The notes under the pieces were generated by a model. The model saw only the letters and a program-made list of their open reading frames with translations, ran no database searches and had not been told where the DNA came from. 54,196 bases of DNA. Source: an uncultured Bacteroidales bacterium (GTDB lineage: Bacteria > Bacteroidota > Bacteroidia > Bacteroidales > UBA932). Where the stretch lies: NCBI GenBank assembly GCA_947165305.1, contig CAMUZW010000001.1, positions 1 to 54,196 of the forward strand, written 5' to 3'. Below, in pieces: positions 45,822 to 54,196 of this stretch. The first letter of the stretch is position 1. The number at the start of each line of letters is the position of its first letter. Made by a program: the position numbers and the translations under genes.

Positions 45822-48319
45822 TGGATTTCCCTAGGATAGAAGAGAAACTGGGCTTTGACAGGGTCCGCAGGCTGATTGCGGACCGTTGCAGTTCTTTTTA
45901 TGCCGTCAGGCGTGTCGAAGGGGAGACCTTCTCGACCGATCCGAAAGAAATTGCCCGCCGGCTGGCGCTGACCGATGAGATGCGGCTCATCGCCATGTTT
46001 GAGGACACGTTTCCGACGTCGGGCTATATCGACTGTCTGGAATTCCTTGTCCCGCTTGAGAAATCGGGGACCCTCGATGTTCTGTCCCTCGGCAAGCTCG
46101 GTACGATGCTGACGACGCTCCGGCGCCTGATCCATTTCTTCGGCGGCATCAAGGATGGTGTCTATCCGCACCTGAAGCGGATGATGGCGCCGGTGAACGC
46201 CTTCCCGGAGGTGACCCGCCGGATCGACCTCATCCTCGACCGGCACGGTGCCGTGAAAGACACCGCCTCGGACGAACTGTACCGCATCCGGAAGGAGATT
46301 GCCGAGCGGGAAGCCTCGGTCTCGAAGCGGATGCAGGCGATCCTCCGCAAGGCGCAGCAGGAAGGCCTCTCGGACAGCGATGCTTCGGTCGTCATCCGCG
46401 ACGGCAAGATGCTCATCCCGGTCCACTCCTCCTCGAAGCGTGCCATGCCCGGATTTGTCTACGACGAATCCGCCACGGGCAAGACCACCTTCATCGAGCC
46501 GGCCGAGATCGTTGAGGTGACCAACGCCATCAGCGAACTGCGGTTCGCCGAGACGCGGGAGATTGCCCGGATCCTGTACGAGTTCTCGGAATTCGTCCGG
46601 CCGTATGTGCCGGACCTCGTGCAGGCGGCCCGCCTGGTCGGTGAGATCGATTTCATCCTCGCCAAGGCGCAGGTTGCCCTGGATTTCCGGGCAGGCATGC
46701 CCGTCATTTCCACCGAAGGGGAGACCGCTCTCCGTAAAGCCCGTCATCCGCTGCTCGAAAAGGCGCTCCGGAAGGAAGGCCGCGAGATCGTTCCGCTGAC
46801 GGTCCTGCTGACGCCCCGCAAACATATCCTGTTGATCTCCGGACCCAATGCCGGCGGCAAGTCGGTCTGCCTCAAGACGGCCGGCCTGCTCCAGTATATG
46901 TTCCAGTGGGGAATGCTGATTCCGACCTCGGAGAGTTCCGAGATGCGTGTTTTTGACCGCATCATGGTCTCGATCGGGGACGACCAGTCCATCGACAACG
47001 ACCTCAGTACGTACAGCTCTTTCCTGGCAGACATGAAAGAGATGCTCTCCGAAGCCGATGGCGATACGCTCGTGCTGATCGACGAATTCGGCTCGGGAAC
47101 CGATCCCGCCGCCGGCGGCGCCATCGCGGAGGCGATCCTGAGCGAATTCGACAGACGGGGCGTATACGGCATCATCACGACGCACTATACAAACCTGAAG
47201 CTCTATGCGGCCGGGGCGGAGACCGGCGTCATCAACGGGGCGATGCTCTTTGACGCCGCCCGGATCGCGCCGCTCTTCCAGCTCGAGATCGGCCTGCCCG
47301 GCAACTCATTCGCCTTCGAACTGGCCCGCAAGATGGGCCTCTCCGAGGCGGTCGTAAAGGATGCCGAGGAAAGGGCCGGCAGGGAATTCGTCGACATCGA
47401 GCGCAATCTCCGCAAGATTGCCCGCAGCCGCCGGGCCATCGACGAGCGCCTGCAGAAGATCAAGGCGACCGACAAGACGCTGGAGAGCATCACCGACAAG
47501 TACCAGCGCGAGCTGCAGGATATCAAGAAGACCCGGAAGGATATCCTCGACGAAGCGCACCGGCAGGCGGAGGATATCATCAAGGGCGCCAACCGCCAGG
47601 TGGAACACACGATCCGGACCATCCGGGAATCCGGGGCGGAGAAAGAGGCGACGCAGGATGCCCGCAGGCAGCTGCAGGGTTTCCTCGGGGCGCTGGAACA
47701 GAAGAAAGAGACCGAGCAGAAGACCCGCGAAGACTATATCGAGCGGAAGCTCAAAGGCGTCGAACAGCGTCAGGCGCGTACCCGTGCGCGCAAGGGCCTG
47801 CCCGCGCAGGATACAGAAAAGGAAAAGCTGGAGGCATTCCGCAGCGCGCCGCTCAAGGTGGGGGAGAAGGTCCGCATCAAAGACGGCGGCATGGTCGGAG
47901 AGGTCAGCCAGGTGTCTACGAAGGCGGTGACCGTCATCGTCGGCAATATTACGACCAAGCTCCCGCATGACCGGGTGGAGCGGGTGACCTCCAATGAATA
48001 CAAGGCGGCGATGAAGGCCGTGGAACGTCCGTCCGTCCGGCGGGTCGACCCGGAGCTGGAACGCCGCCGGCTCGAATTCCATCCCGAGCTGGATGTCCGC
48101 GGAGAGCGGGTGACGGAGGCCATCGAGCAGGTGATGCGTTTCATCGACGATGCGATCATGCTCAATATGAACTCGGTCCGGATCCTGCACGGGAAGGGGA
48201 CCGGAGCGCTCCGGGAGGAAATCCAGAAATATGTCCGGACGGTCCCGGGCGTCGCGTCCGCCGTCGATGAACATATCCAGTTCGGCGGGTCGGGCGTTAC
48301 GGTCGTGACATTTGATTGA
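45821..48319 (+). CDS. mutS2: MutS2 family protein with C-terminal Smr domain
   Basis: SGPNAGGKS, IGDDQSI...LSTYSS, DEFGSGTDP, TTHY, LDVRG, ILHGKGTG.LR, GGSGVT. GTG start. Confidence 0.95.
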   Translation: MDFPRIEEKLGFDRVRRLIADRCSSFYAVRRVEGETFSTDPKEIARRLALTDEMRLIAMFEDTFPTSGYIDCLEFLVPLEKSGTLDVLSLGKLGTMLTTLRRLIHFFGGIKDGVYPHLKRMMAPVNAFPEVTRRIDLILDRHGAVKDTASDELYRIRKEIAEREASVSKRMQAILRKAQQEGLSDSDASVVIRDGKMLIPVHSSSKRAMPGFVYDESATGKTTFIEPAEIVEVTNAISELRFAETREIARILYEFSEFVRPYVPDLVQAARLVGEIDFILAKAQVALDFRAGMPVISTEGETALRKARHPLLEKALRKEGREIVPLTVLLTPRKHILLISGPNAGGKSVCLKTAGLLQYMFQWGMLIPTSESSEMRVFDRIMVSIGDDQSIDNDLSTYSSFLADMKEMLSEADGDTLVLIDEFGSGTDPAAGGAIAEAILSEFDRRGVYGIITTHYTNLKLYAAGAETGVINGAMLFDAARIAPLFQLEIGLPGNSFAFELARKMGLSEAVVKDAEERAGREFVDIERNLRKIARSRRAIDERLQKIKATDKTLESITDKYQRELQDIKKTRKDILDEAHRQAEDIIKGANRQVEHTIRTIRESGAEKEATQDARRQLQGFLGALEQKKETEQKTREDYIERKLKGVEQRQARTRARKGLPAQDTEKEKLEAFRSAPLKVGEKVRIKDGGMVGEVSQVSTKAVTVIVGNITTKLPHDRVERVTSNEYKAAMKAVERPSVRRVDPELERRRLEFHPELDVRGERVTEAIEQVMRFIDDAIMLNMNSVRILHGKGTGALREEIQKYVRTVPGVASAVDEHIQFGGSGVTVVTFD

Positions 48320-48339
48320 CTTTGAGAAACTTTTAAACT

Positions 48340-48714
48340 ATGGAAGACGTAATTATTAAGGAGACAGGCAGGAAAGGAGAAGATGCCGCCTGTGCCTTTC
48401 TGAAGGCGGAAGGGCATCGGATCCTGGAACGGAACTGGCGTTCGGGCCATCTGGAAGTGGACATCATTTCCGAGACGCCGGAAGCCGTCCATTTCGTAGA
48501 AGTGAAGACGCGGACGCTGCCCTGCCAGGCGCCGCCGGAGGAGAATGTCGGCCCCGTGAAACAGAAGCGGATCACCGCGGCCGCACTGGGTTATATTCAC
48601 CGGAAAAAGTGTTTTGGGAAGGAGATTTTTTTTGATGTTGTTTCGGTGATTTTTTCCGCTTCGGGAACGAAAATTGCATACTTTCCACAAGCCTGGATAC
48701 CGATGTATCTTTAG
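48340..48714 (+). CDS. yraN: YraN / UPF0102 family protein
   Basis: G..GE..A..FL...G..ILERNWR....EVDII, FVEVKTR, FDVV. Confidence 0.9.
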   Translation: MEDVIIKETGRKGEDAACAFLKAEGHRILERNWRSGHLEVDIISETPEAVHFVEVKTRTLPCQAPPEENVGPVKQKRITAAALGYIHRKKCFGKEIFFDVVSVIFSASGTKIAYFPQAWIPMYL

Positions 48715-48736
48715 CTTCGACAAGACCGCATAATTA

Positions 48737-49501
48737 ATGAACGAGAAGCACTTTTGTGTGATTATGGCCGGGGGCAACAAGCCTTTCCTCCGCCCGACAT
48801 ACGAACGATTCCTCCACATCATCCCGCGCGAGAACATCCTCGTCGTCACCCTGGAGAAATACCGCTCCGCGGCGATCGCCGCGATCCCGGAACTTCCCCC
48901 GGAGAACCTCCTGCTGGAACCTTACAAGCGGGGGACTGCCCCGTGTATGGCTTATGCGATGTATACCATCCTGCAGCGGTGTCCCGACGCCGTGATCGTC
49001 GCGACGCCCTCCGACCACGAGATCCGCGACGAGCAGCTCTTCGCGGAGACGCTGGAGCAGGCGGTTGCGTATGTGGAGGCGAATGATGTGCTGATGACGG
49101 TCGGCGTGGTGCCGTCTACGCCCGACGCGGCCTTCGGCTATGTCCAGGTCCGGGAGGGGAAGGATGCCTGGAAGCTCCGCCGTCCCCTGCAGGTGAAGAC
49201 GTTCACGGAGAAGCCGCCCACCGAGCTTGCCAAGGTGTTTATCAAGACGGGAGAATTTTTCTGGAATACGGGTATCTATATCTGGAGGGCCGTCACTATC
49301 CGCCGGGAGATGGAGTTTTATCTTCCGGATGTCGTGGAAATGTTCTCCGGCTGGGAGACGCGCCTCCGGGATCCGGAGTTTATCCGCCGTGCCTATGCCG
49401 AGTGTCCGCGCATTTCGCTTGACTACGGTATCATGGAGCGCACGGGCCGCGCCTGGCTCTATCCCGCCTTCTTCGACTGGCGTGACCGCGGAAGAGGATA
49501 A
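48737..49501 (+). CDS. Mannose-1-phosphate guanylyltransferase-like protein, internally deleted and C-truncated (possible pseudogene)
   Basis: VIMAGG, LLEP..RGTAPC, TPSDH, FGYVQ, FTEKP, FFWNTGIYIW, ISLDYGIME. The GxRxWPxS..PKQ loop is absent. Confidence 0.75.
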   Translation: MNEKHFCVIMAGGNKPFLRPTYERFLHIIPRENILVVTLEKYRSAAIAAIPELPPENLLLEPYKRGTAPCMAYAMYTILQRCPDAVIVATPSDHEIRDEQLFAETLEQAVAYVEANDVLMTVGVVPSTPDAAFGYVQVREGKDAWKLRRPLQVKTFTEKPPTELAKVFIKTGEFFWNTGIYIWRAVTIRREMEFYLPDVVEMFSGWETRLRDPEFIRRAYAECPRISLDYGIMERTGRAWLYPAFFDWRDRGRG

Positions 49502-49513
49502 ATAGTTATGTGT

Positions 49514-50701
49514 ATGAAAAAGATTTTACTGATCCTGTTAGCCGTCATGACCCTTGTTGTCTCCTGCCGGAAGGAGGGGCTCTATCCGAAGTCAATCTCC
49601 CTGGATAAGACGGAGCTGACCATCGGTATCAACGAAAGCGAGGAGTTGACGGTTATTTATGAGCCGGCGGATGTCCGTAAAAAAAAGGTGAAATGGACCA
49701 GTTCCGATGCGTCGGTGGCGCTGGTTGAGGACGGGGTGGTATATGGCATCGCGCCGGGCCCGGCTACGGTCACCGCGCGTTGCGGAGATGCCGAGGCCGT
49801 ATGCCAGGTGAATGTCATAAAAAGGCCCGTATCGATACAGATTTCCGACGTGCAGGCCGAGAGGAGAGGAGCCAGATCCGTGTATTTTTCTTGTGATGTC
49901 AAGATAGCCCATGCCACGGATGAGAATTGCCGTATCCAGTATTATCTGGGGCCTACGCTCTCAGCGGCCACGTATGGCGCCACACCTGTCAAGACAGAAG
50001 AGGTTTCTGTATTCAACTATTCAATGTCTTCCCGGAAAGTATATTTCAGTTACGATATAGCGGATGATAAAGTGTATCAGCGGTATTATTTCTCCATTGC
50101 CGTCGTCGTGGACGATTATACGGCGTGGAGCACCCCCGTCTCTATCGCCTATCTGGAGATGAATCCTGTCGATCTGGGCGTCGTCGTGGGCGGTAAAAAG
50201 ATCTATTTCGGGGACCGCAACCTGTTTGCCAAAAGTCCGGAAGAAAACGGGGAGTATTACCAGTGGGGCTGCCTGAAGTCATCATTTGGCAGTTTCAGCT
50301 TTTACGATTATACGGATACTCCCGCCACGCTGCCGTATTCGCGGGATATCGCCAGTCAGACGCTGGGCGGCCGGTGGAGGATTCCGACGGAGGCGGAATG
50401 GAAGGCCATGATCAGTCAATGTGAGAAAGAGGCCGTTCAGTCGCCCTATGGATGTACGGTCAAAGGCAACGGGAGTTCGATTTTTCTCCCCCGCGCCCAG
50501 TATTATAATGACGGCCACTTTGCCTCAACAACCTATGTCGGCTGCTATTGGTCTTCGATCCTTGATCCGGAGAACAAAGATATCTATGCAAAAGCGCTTT
50601 ATTTCAGCCTGTCTTTTAACATGTCGGAATCTTCGGTCGCAATGTCCATCCGCACCTTCCGCCGCGAGAATGCACTTCCCGTCCGTCCCGTCTGCGACTG
50701 A
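49514..50701 (+). CDS. Lipoprotein with Ig-like (Big_2) domain and C-terminal DUF1566/Fib_succ_major-like (C-type lectin fold) domain
   Basis: Lipobox VVSC. WTSSD.SVA.V.DG.V.GI.PG.ATVTA, VDLG, RNLFA..PE..GEYYQWG, WRIPT.AEW, IFLP, YWSS, VRPV. Start 49508 or 49514. Confidence 0.78.
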   Translation: MKKILLILLAVMTLVVSCRKEGLYPKSISLDKTELTIGINESEELTVIYEPADVRKKKVKWTSSDASVALVEDGVVYGIAPGPATVTARCGDAEAVCQVNVIKRPVSIQISDVQAERRGARSVYFSCDVKIAHATDENCRIQYYLGPTLSAATYGATPVKTEEVSVFNYSMSSRKVYFSYDIADDKVYQRYYFSIAVVVDDYTAWSTPVSIAYLEMNPVDLGVVVGGKKIYFGDRNLFAKSPEENGEYYQWGCLKSSFGSFSFYDYTDTPATLPYSRDIASQTLGGRWRIPTEAEWKAMISQCEKEAVQSPYGCTVKGNGSSIFLPRAQYYNDGHFASTTYVGCYWSSILDPENKDIYAKALYFSLSFNMSESSVAMSIRTFRRENALPVRPVCD

Positions 50702-50732
50702 CGGCCTCGGTTGAAAAAAGTGTTCAAAACTT

Positions 50733-50763
50733 TTTGTTAATCCGGGAATTTTTACTAACTTTG
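50733..50763 (+). promoter_or_regulatory. Dedicated promoter of rplC operon
   Basis: TTTG (50733-50736), 19-nt spacer, TAACTTTG (50756-50763). Confidence 0.8.
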
Positions 50764-50823
50764 CAGCCCGCAAAATGTGTGCGGACTAGTTAAAGTATTA
50801 GTAAACAATTAATTAACAAACCA

Positions 50824-51450
50824 ATGCCTGGATTAATTGGAAAGAAAATCGGAATGATTTCCGTTTTCGGTGCTGATGGAAAAAATATTCCATGCACCGT
50901 CGTCGAAGCTGGGCCGTGTGTTGTCACGCAGGTACGTACAGTCGAAAAAGATGGTTATGCCGCTGTACAGCTTGCCTATGACGAAAAATCAGAGAAACGC
51001 ACCAGCGCTGCCCTGAAGGGGCATTTCGAAAAGGCAGGAACCACTCCCAAGCGCAAACTGGTCGAATTCCCGGCCGATTTCGCGGGAGAGCTCAAACTGG
51101 GCGACACGCTGACCCTCACTGATGTGTTCACTGAGGATGTCAAATTCGTCGATGTCGTCGGTACTTCTAAAGGCAAGGGTTTCCAGGGTGTCGTTCACCG
51201 TTATCATTTCAACGGTGTCGGCGGGGAAACTCACGGCCAGCACAACCGTCTCCGTCACCCCGGCTCCATGGGTGCTTCCTCTTGGCCTTCAAGGGTTTTC
51301 CCTGGTATGAGGATGGCCGGCCACATGGGCGACGAGCGCGTCAAAGTGTTCAATCTTGAAGTTGTCAAACTCATCCCTGAGCACAATCTCATCGTTATCA
51401 AAGGTTCCGTTCCCGGAGCCAAGGGTTCTTATTTACTGCTGGAGGCTTAA
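50824..51450 (+). CDS. rplC: 50S ribosomal protein L3
   Basis: [31 protein letters not shown]. Confidence 0.99.
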   Translation: MPGLIGKKIGMISVFGADGKNIPCTVVEAGPCVVTQVRTVEKDGYAAVQLAYDEKSEKRTSAALKGHFEKAGTTPKRKLVEFPADFAGELKLGDTLTLTDVFTEDVKFVDVVGTSKGKGFQGVVHRYHFNGVGGETHGQHNRLRHPGSMGASSWPSRVFPGMRMAGHMGDERVKVFNLEVVKLIPEHNLIVIKGSVPGAKGSYLLLEA

Positions 51451-51452
51451 TT

Positions 51453-52079
51453 ATGGAATTGGACGTTTTGAAAATTGACGGAACCCCTTCCGGTAAGAAG
51501 GTTGTTCTCGATGAGCAGGTATTCGGCGTGGAGCCGAACGACCATTGCATCTGGCTCGATGTCAAGCAGTACCTCGCCAACCAGCGTCAGGGTACCGCCA
51601 AGACCAAGGACCGCAGCGAAGTGGCCTATTCCACCAAGAAGCTCGGCCGTCAGAAAGGCGGCGGCGGTGCACGTCACGGCAGCTTGAAAGCCAATATCTT
51701 CGTCGGCGGCGGCCGCGTCTTCGGCCCTCAGCCGCGCGACTATCGCACGAAACTCAACAAGAAGGTGAAGTCTCTCGCCCGTACCTCCGCCCTCACCTAC
51801 AAGGCGCAGGAAGGCAAGCTCATCATCCTTGAGCCGTTCTCCATGGAAGCTCCCAAGACCAAGGATTTCCTCAAGATCATGGACGCCATCAAGGCGGGCA
51901 ACCGGGGTATCCTCGTCGTTCTTCCTGAGAATGCACAGAATATCTATCTTTCGTCACGCAATCTTCCCGAGGTGAAGGTGATCTCCGTGGATGAGATCAA
52001 CACCTACGCCATCATGCAGGCCCACCAGCTGGTCCTCATCGACGGTGTTCAGGAAATCCTCGCTACCCGGGTCAAATAA
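51453..52079 (+). CDS. rplD: 50S ribosomal protein L4
   Basis: RQGTAKTK.RSEV, RQKG.GGARHG, GGGRVFGPQPR. Confidence 0.99.
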   Translation: MELDVLKIDGTPSGKKVVLDEQVFGVEPNDHCIWLDVKQYLANQRQGTAKTKDRSEVAYSTKKLGRQKGGGGARHGSLKANIFVGGGRVFGPQPRDYRTKLNKKVKSLARTSALTYKAQEGKLIILEPFSMEAPKTKDFLKIMDAIKAGNRGILVVLPENAQNIYLSSRNLPEVKVISVDEINTYAIMQAHQLVLIDGVQEILATRVK

Positions 52080-52091
52080 GGAGGAAGTGAA

Positions 52092-52382
52092 ATGGGAATT
52101 TTAATCAAACCGATCGTCACTGAGAAACTTACTGACCAGGGCGAGAAACTCAATCGCTACGGATTCATCGTTGACCGCAACGCCAACAAGATCCAGATCA
52201 AGGCCGCTGTCGAGCAGATGTACAATGTCTCTGTCGCCGACGTCAATACGGTCAACTATCACGGCAAGCGCAAACAGCGCTACACCAAGAGCGGTCTGCT
52301 CCGTGGCCGGATGAATCATTTCAAGAAGGCTTACGTCACCCTCGCAGGCGACGAGAAGATCGATTTCTACGCTAACGTCTAA
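52092..52382 (+). CDS. rplW: 50S ribosomal protein L23
   Basis: [24 protein letters not shown]. Confidence 0.99.
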   Translation: MGILIKPIVTEKLTDQGEKLNRYGFIVDRNANKIQIKAAVEQMYNVSVADVNTVNYHGKRKQRYTKSGLLRGRMNHFKKAYVTLAGDEKIDFYANV

Positions 52383-52396
52383 AAAGGAGTTTAATT

Positions 52397-53224
52397 ATGG
52401 CAATCAAGAAATACAAACCGGTAACCCCCGGTCAGCGCAACAAGGCTATCAGCTCCTTTGAAGAGATCACAGCGAAGAAGCCTTATAAACCTCTCCTCAC
52501 TCCGCTCAAATCCAGCGGCGGCCGCAACAATACCGGCCAGATGACCGTCCGTTACATCGGCGGCGGCCACAAGAGGATGTACCGCATCGTTGACTTCAAA
52601 CGCAGCAAGGACGGGATTCCCGCCGAGGTCCTCACGATCGAATACGATCCGAACCGCAGCGCCCGCATCGCCCTCGTCGAGTATGAGGACGGCGTGAAGT
52701 CTTACATCATCGCTCCCAACGGACTCAAAGTCGGGCAGAAGATCCAGAACGGCGTCGGCGCCGCCCCGGACCTTGGCAACTGCCTGCCGCTCAGTGAGAT
52801 TCCCGTCGGTACGCTTGTTCACGCGATCGAGCTCCGTCCCGGACAGGGCGCGGCCATGGCCCGCTCCGCCGGTACCTACGCTCAGCTCGCAGCCCGCGAA
52901 GGCAACTACGCCATCCTGCGCCTCCCTTCGGGTGAGACCCGTATGGTTCCCGTCGCCTGCCGCGCTACCGTGGGCGTGGTCTCCAACACCGACCACAACC
53001 TCGAGTCCTTCGGCAAGGCCGGCCGCAGCCGTCACCTTGGCCGCCGTCCCCACAACCGTGGTGTCGTCATGAACCCGCACGATCACCCGATGGGTGGTGG
53101 TGAAGGCCGTGCTTCCGGTGGTCATCCGCGTTCGCGCAAGGGCCTGCCTGCAAAGGGTTACAAGACCCGCAATCCGAAGGCTGTTTCGAACAGGTTTATC
53201 ATCGAAAGAAGAAAGAAGAAATAA
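52397..53224 (+). CDS. rplB: 50S ribosomal protein L2
   Basis: [31 protein letters not shown]. Confidence 0.99.
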   Translation: MAIKKYKPVTPGQRNKAISSFEEITAKKPYKPLLTPLKSSGGRNNTGQMTVRYIGGGHKRMYRIVDFKRSKDGIPAEVLTIEYDPNRSARIALVEYEDGVKSYIIAPNGLKVGQKIQNGVGAAPDLGNCLPLSEIPVGTLVHAIELRPGQGAAMARSAGTYAQLAAREGNYAILRLPSGETRMVPVACRATVGVVSNTDHNLESFGKAGRSRHLGRRPHNRGVVMNPHDHPMGGGEGRASGGHPRSRKGLPAKGYKTRNPKAVSNRFIIERRKKK

Positions 53225-53245
53225 CGGAATTAAACTAAGTTAGTT

Positions 53246-53518
53246 ATGAGTCGTTCACTTAAAAAAGGACCGTACATCCAGGAAGCCCTGGAGAAAAGGA
53301 TTCTTGCTATGAATGAAGGCAGCAAGAAGAAAGAGGTTGTCAAGACCTGGTCCCGTGCCAGCATGATTTCCCCTGACTTTGTGGGCCACACGATCGCAGT
53401 TCATAATGGAAACAAGTTCATTCCGGTATATGTAACTGAGAACATGGTGGGCCACAAGCTCGGCGAGTTCGCTCCTACGCGCATTTTCAGAGGCCACTCG
53501 GGCAACAATAAAAAGTAA
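53246..53518 (+). CDS. rpsS: 30S ribosomal protein S19
   Basis: [28 protein letters not shown]. Confidence 0.99.
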   Translation: MSRSLKKGPYIQEALEKRILAMNEGSKKKEVVKTWSRASMISPDFVGHTIAVHNGNKFIPVYVTENMVGHKLGEFAPTRIFRGHSGNNKK

Positions 53519-53524
53519 AGCATT

Positions 53525-53941
53525 ATGGGAAAACGTAAAAGACTTATGGCCGAGAGGCTCAAAGAGCAGAAGAAGCAGACTGCTGTCGCCAAGCTCAACG
53601 ATGTCCCTACTTCCCCGCGGAAGATGCGCCTGGTGGCTGACACCGTGCGCGGCGTGGAGGTCAACCGTGCGCTCGATCTTCTCCACTTCTCGAAGAGAGA
53701 GCCCTCTATCCGTCTTGAAAAGCTCCTCAAGAGCGCTATCGCCAACTGGGAAGCCAAGAATCAGGACAAGACTGCAGAGCTGGACAACGGCAACGTATAT
53801 GTCAAGACTATCATGGTAGGCGAAGGCCGTACCCTCAAGAGGATTCGTCCTTGCCCGCAGGGTCGCGCCGGAAGGATCCGCAAGCGTTCCAACCACGTCA
53901 CCATTATCCTTGATGTCAAACCGTCAACTGTGGAGGAATAA
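53525..53941 (+). CDS. rplV: 50S ribosomal protein L22
   Basis: [32 protein letters not shown]. Confidence 0.98.
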   Translation: MGKRKRLMAERLKEQKKQTAVAKLNDVPTSPRKMRLVADTVRGVEVNRALDLLHFSKREPSIRLEKLLKSAIANWEAKNQDKTAELDNGNVYVKTIMVGEGRTLKRIRPCPQGRAGRIRKRSNHVTIILDVKPSTVEE

Positions 53942-53943
53942 TT

Positions 53944-54196
53944 ATGGGACAGAAAACCAATCCTATCAGCAACAGAATCGGTATCACCCGTGGTTGGGAC
54001 TCCAACTGGTTCGGTGGTGACTACTCGGAGAAAATCGCCGAGGATTACAAGATCCGTCAGTACCTGGGCAGCCGTCTCGCAAAGGCGAGCCTTTCGAGGA
54101 TCGTCATCGAGCGGACCCTCAAGCTCATCACTGTCACCATTCACGCTGCCCGTCCGGGTGTCATCATCGGCAAGGGCGGCCAGGAGGTCGACAAGC
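53944..54196 (+). CDS. rpsC: 30S ribosomal protein S3 (3'-truncated by window end)
   Basis: Hand translation: [23 protein letters not shown]...[16 protein letters not shown]. Confidence 0.98.
   Translation, partial: MGQKTNPISNRIGITRGWDSNWFGGDYSEKIAEDYKIRQYLGSRLAKASLSRIVIERTLKLITVTIHAARPGVIIGKGGQEVDK

Overview
High-GC Bacteroidales chromosomal segment. The taxon is inferred from TAnnTTTG/TTTG promoters, SusC/SusD genes and the rpsL-rpsG-fusA-rpsJ order. From left to right: (1) the 3' part of a very acidic Glu/Pro-rich protein plus a coupled hypothetical gene; (2) an operon of a 56-aa peptide gene missing from the ORF track followed by five Mfa1/fimbrillin-like (type V pilin-like) lipoproteins; (3) a TPR-like lipoprotein; (4) rpsL-rpsG-fusA-rpsJ, tRNA-Ile2(CAT) and a short array of structured repeats; (5) an ABCG-type transporter with a lipoprotein partner, dapF, a truncated GH78-like gene, a DNPH1/Rcl-like hydrolase, a RAYT/IS200-like HUH nuclease and a frameshifted comF; (6) a ~21 kb polysaccharide utilisation locus (two phosphoesterases, two BNR-4 propeller paralogues, GH88, a BACON protein, a degenerate GH43, tandem SusC/SusD pairs); (7) aspS, dacA, mutS2, yraN, a degenerate manC-like gene and an Ig plus C-type-lectin-like lipoprotein; (8) the rest of the S10 operon (rplC to partial rpsC) with its own promoter, ~37 kb from rpsJ. 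The best leads are the peptide plus pilin operon, the PUL with GH88 but no recognisable lyase, the split S10 operon and the covarying repeats behind the tRNA. All family calls come from motif recognition by eye; no database searches were run.
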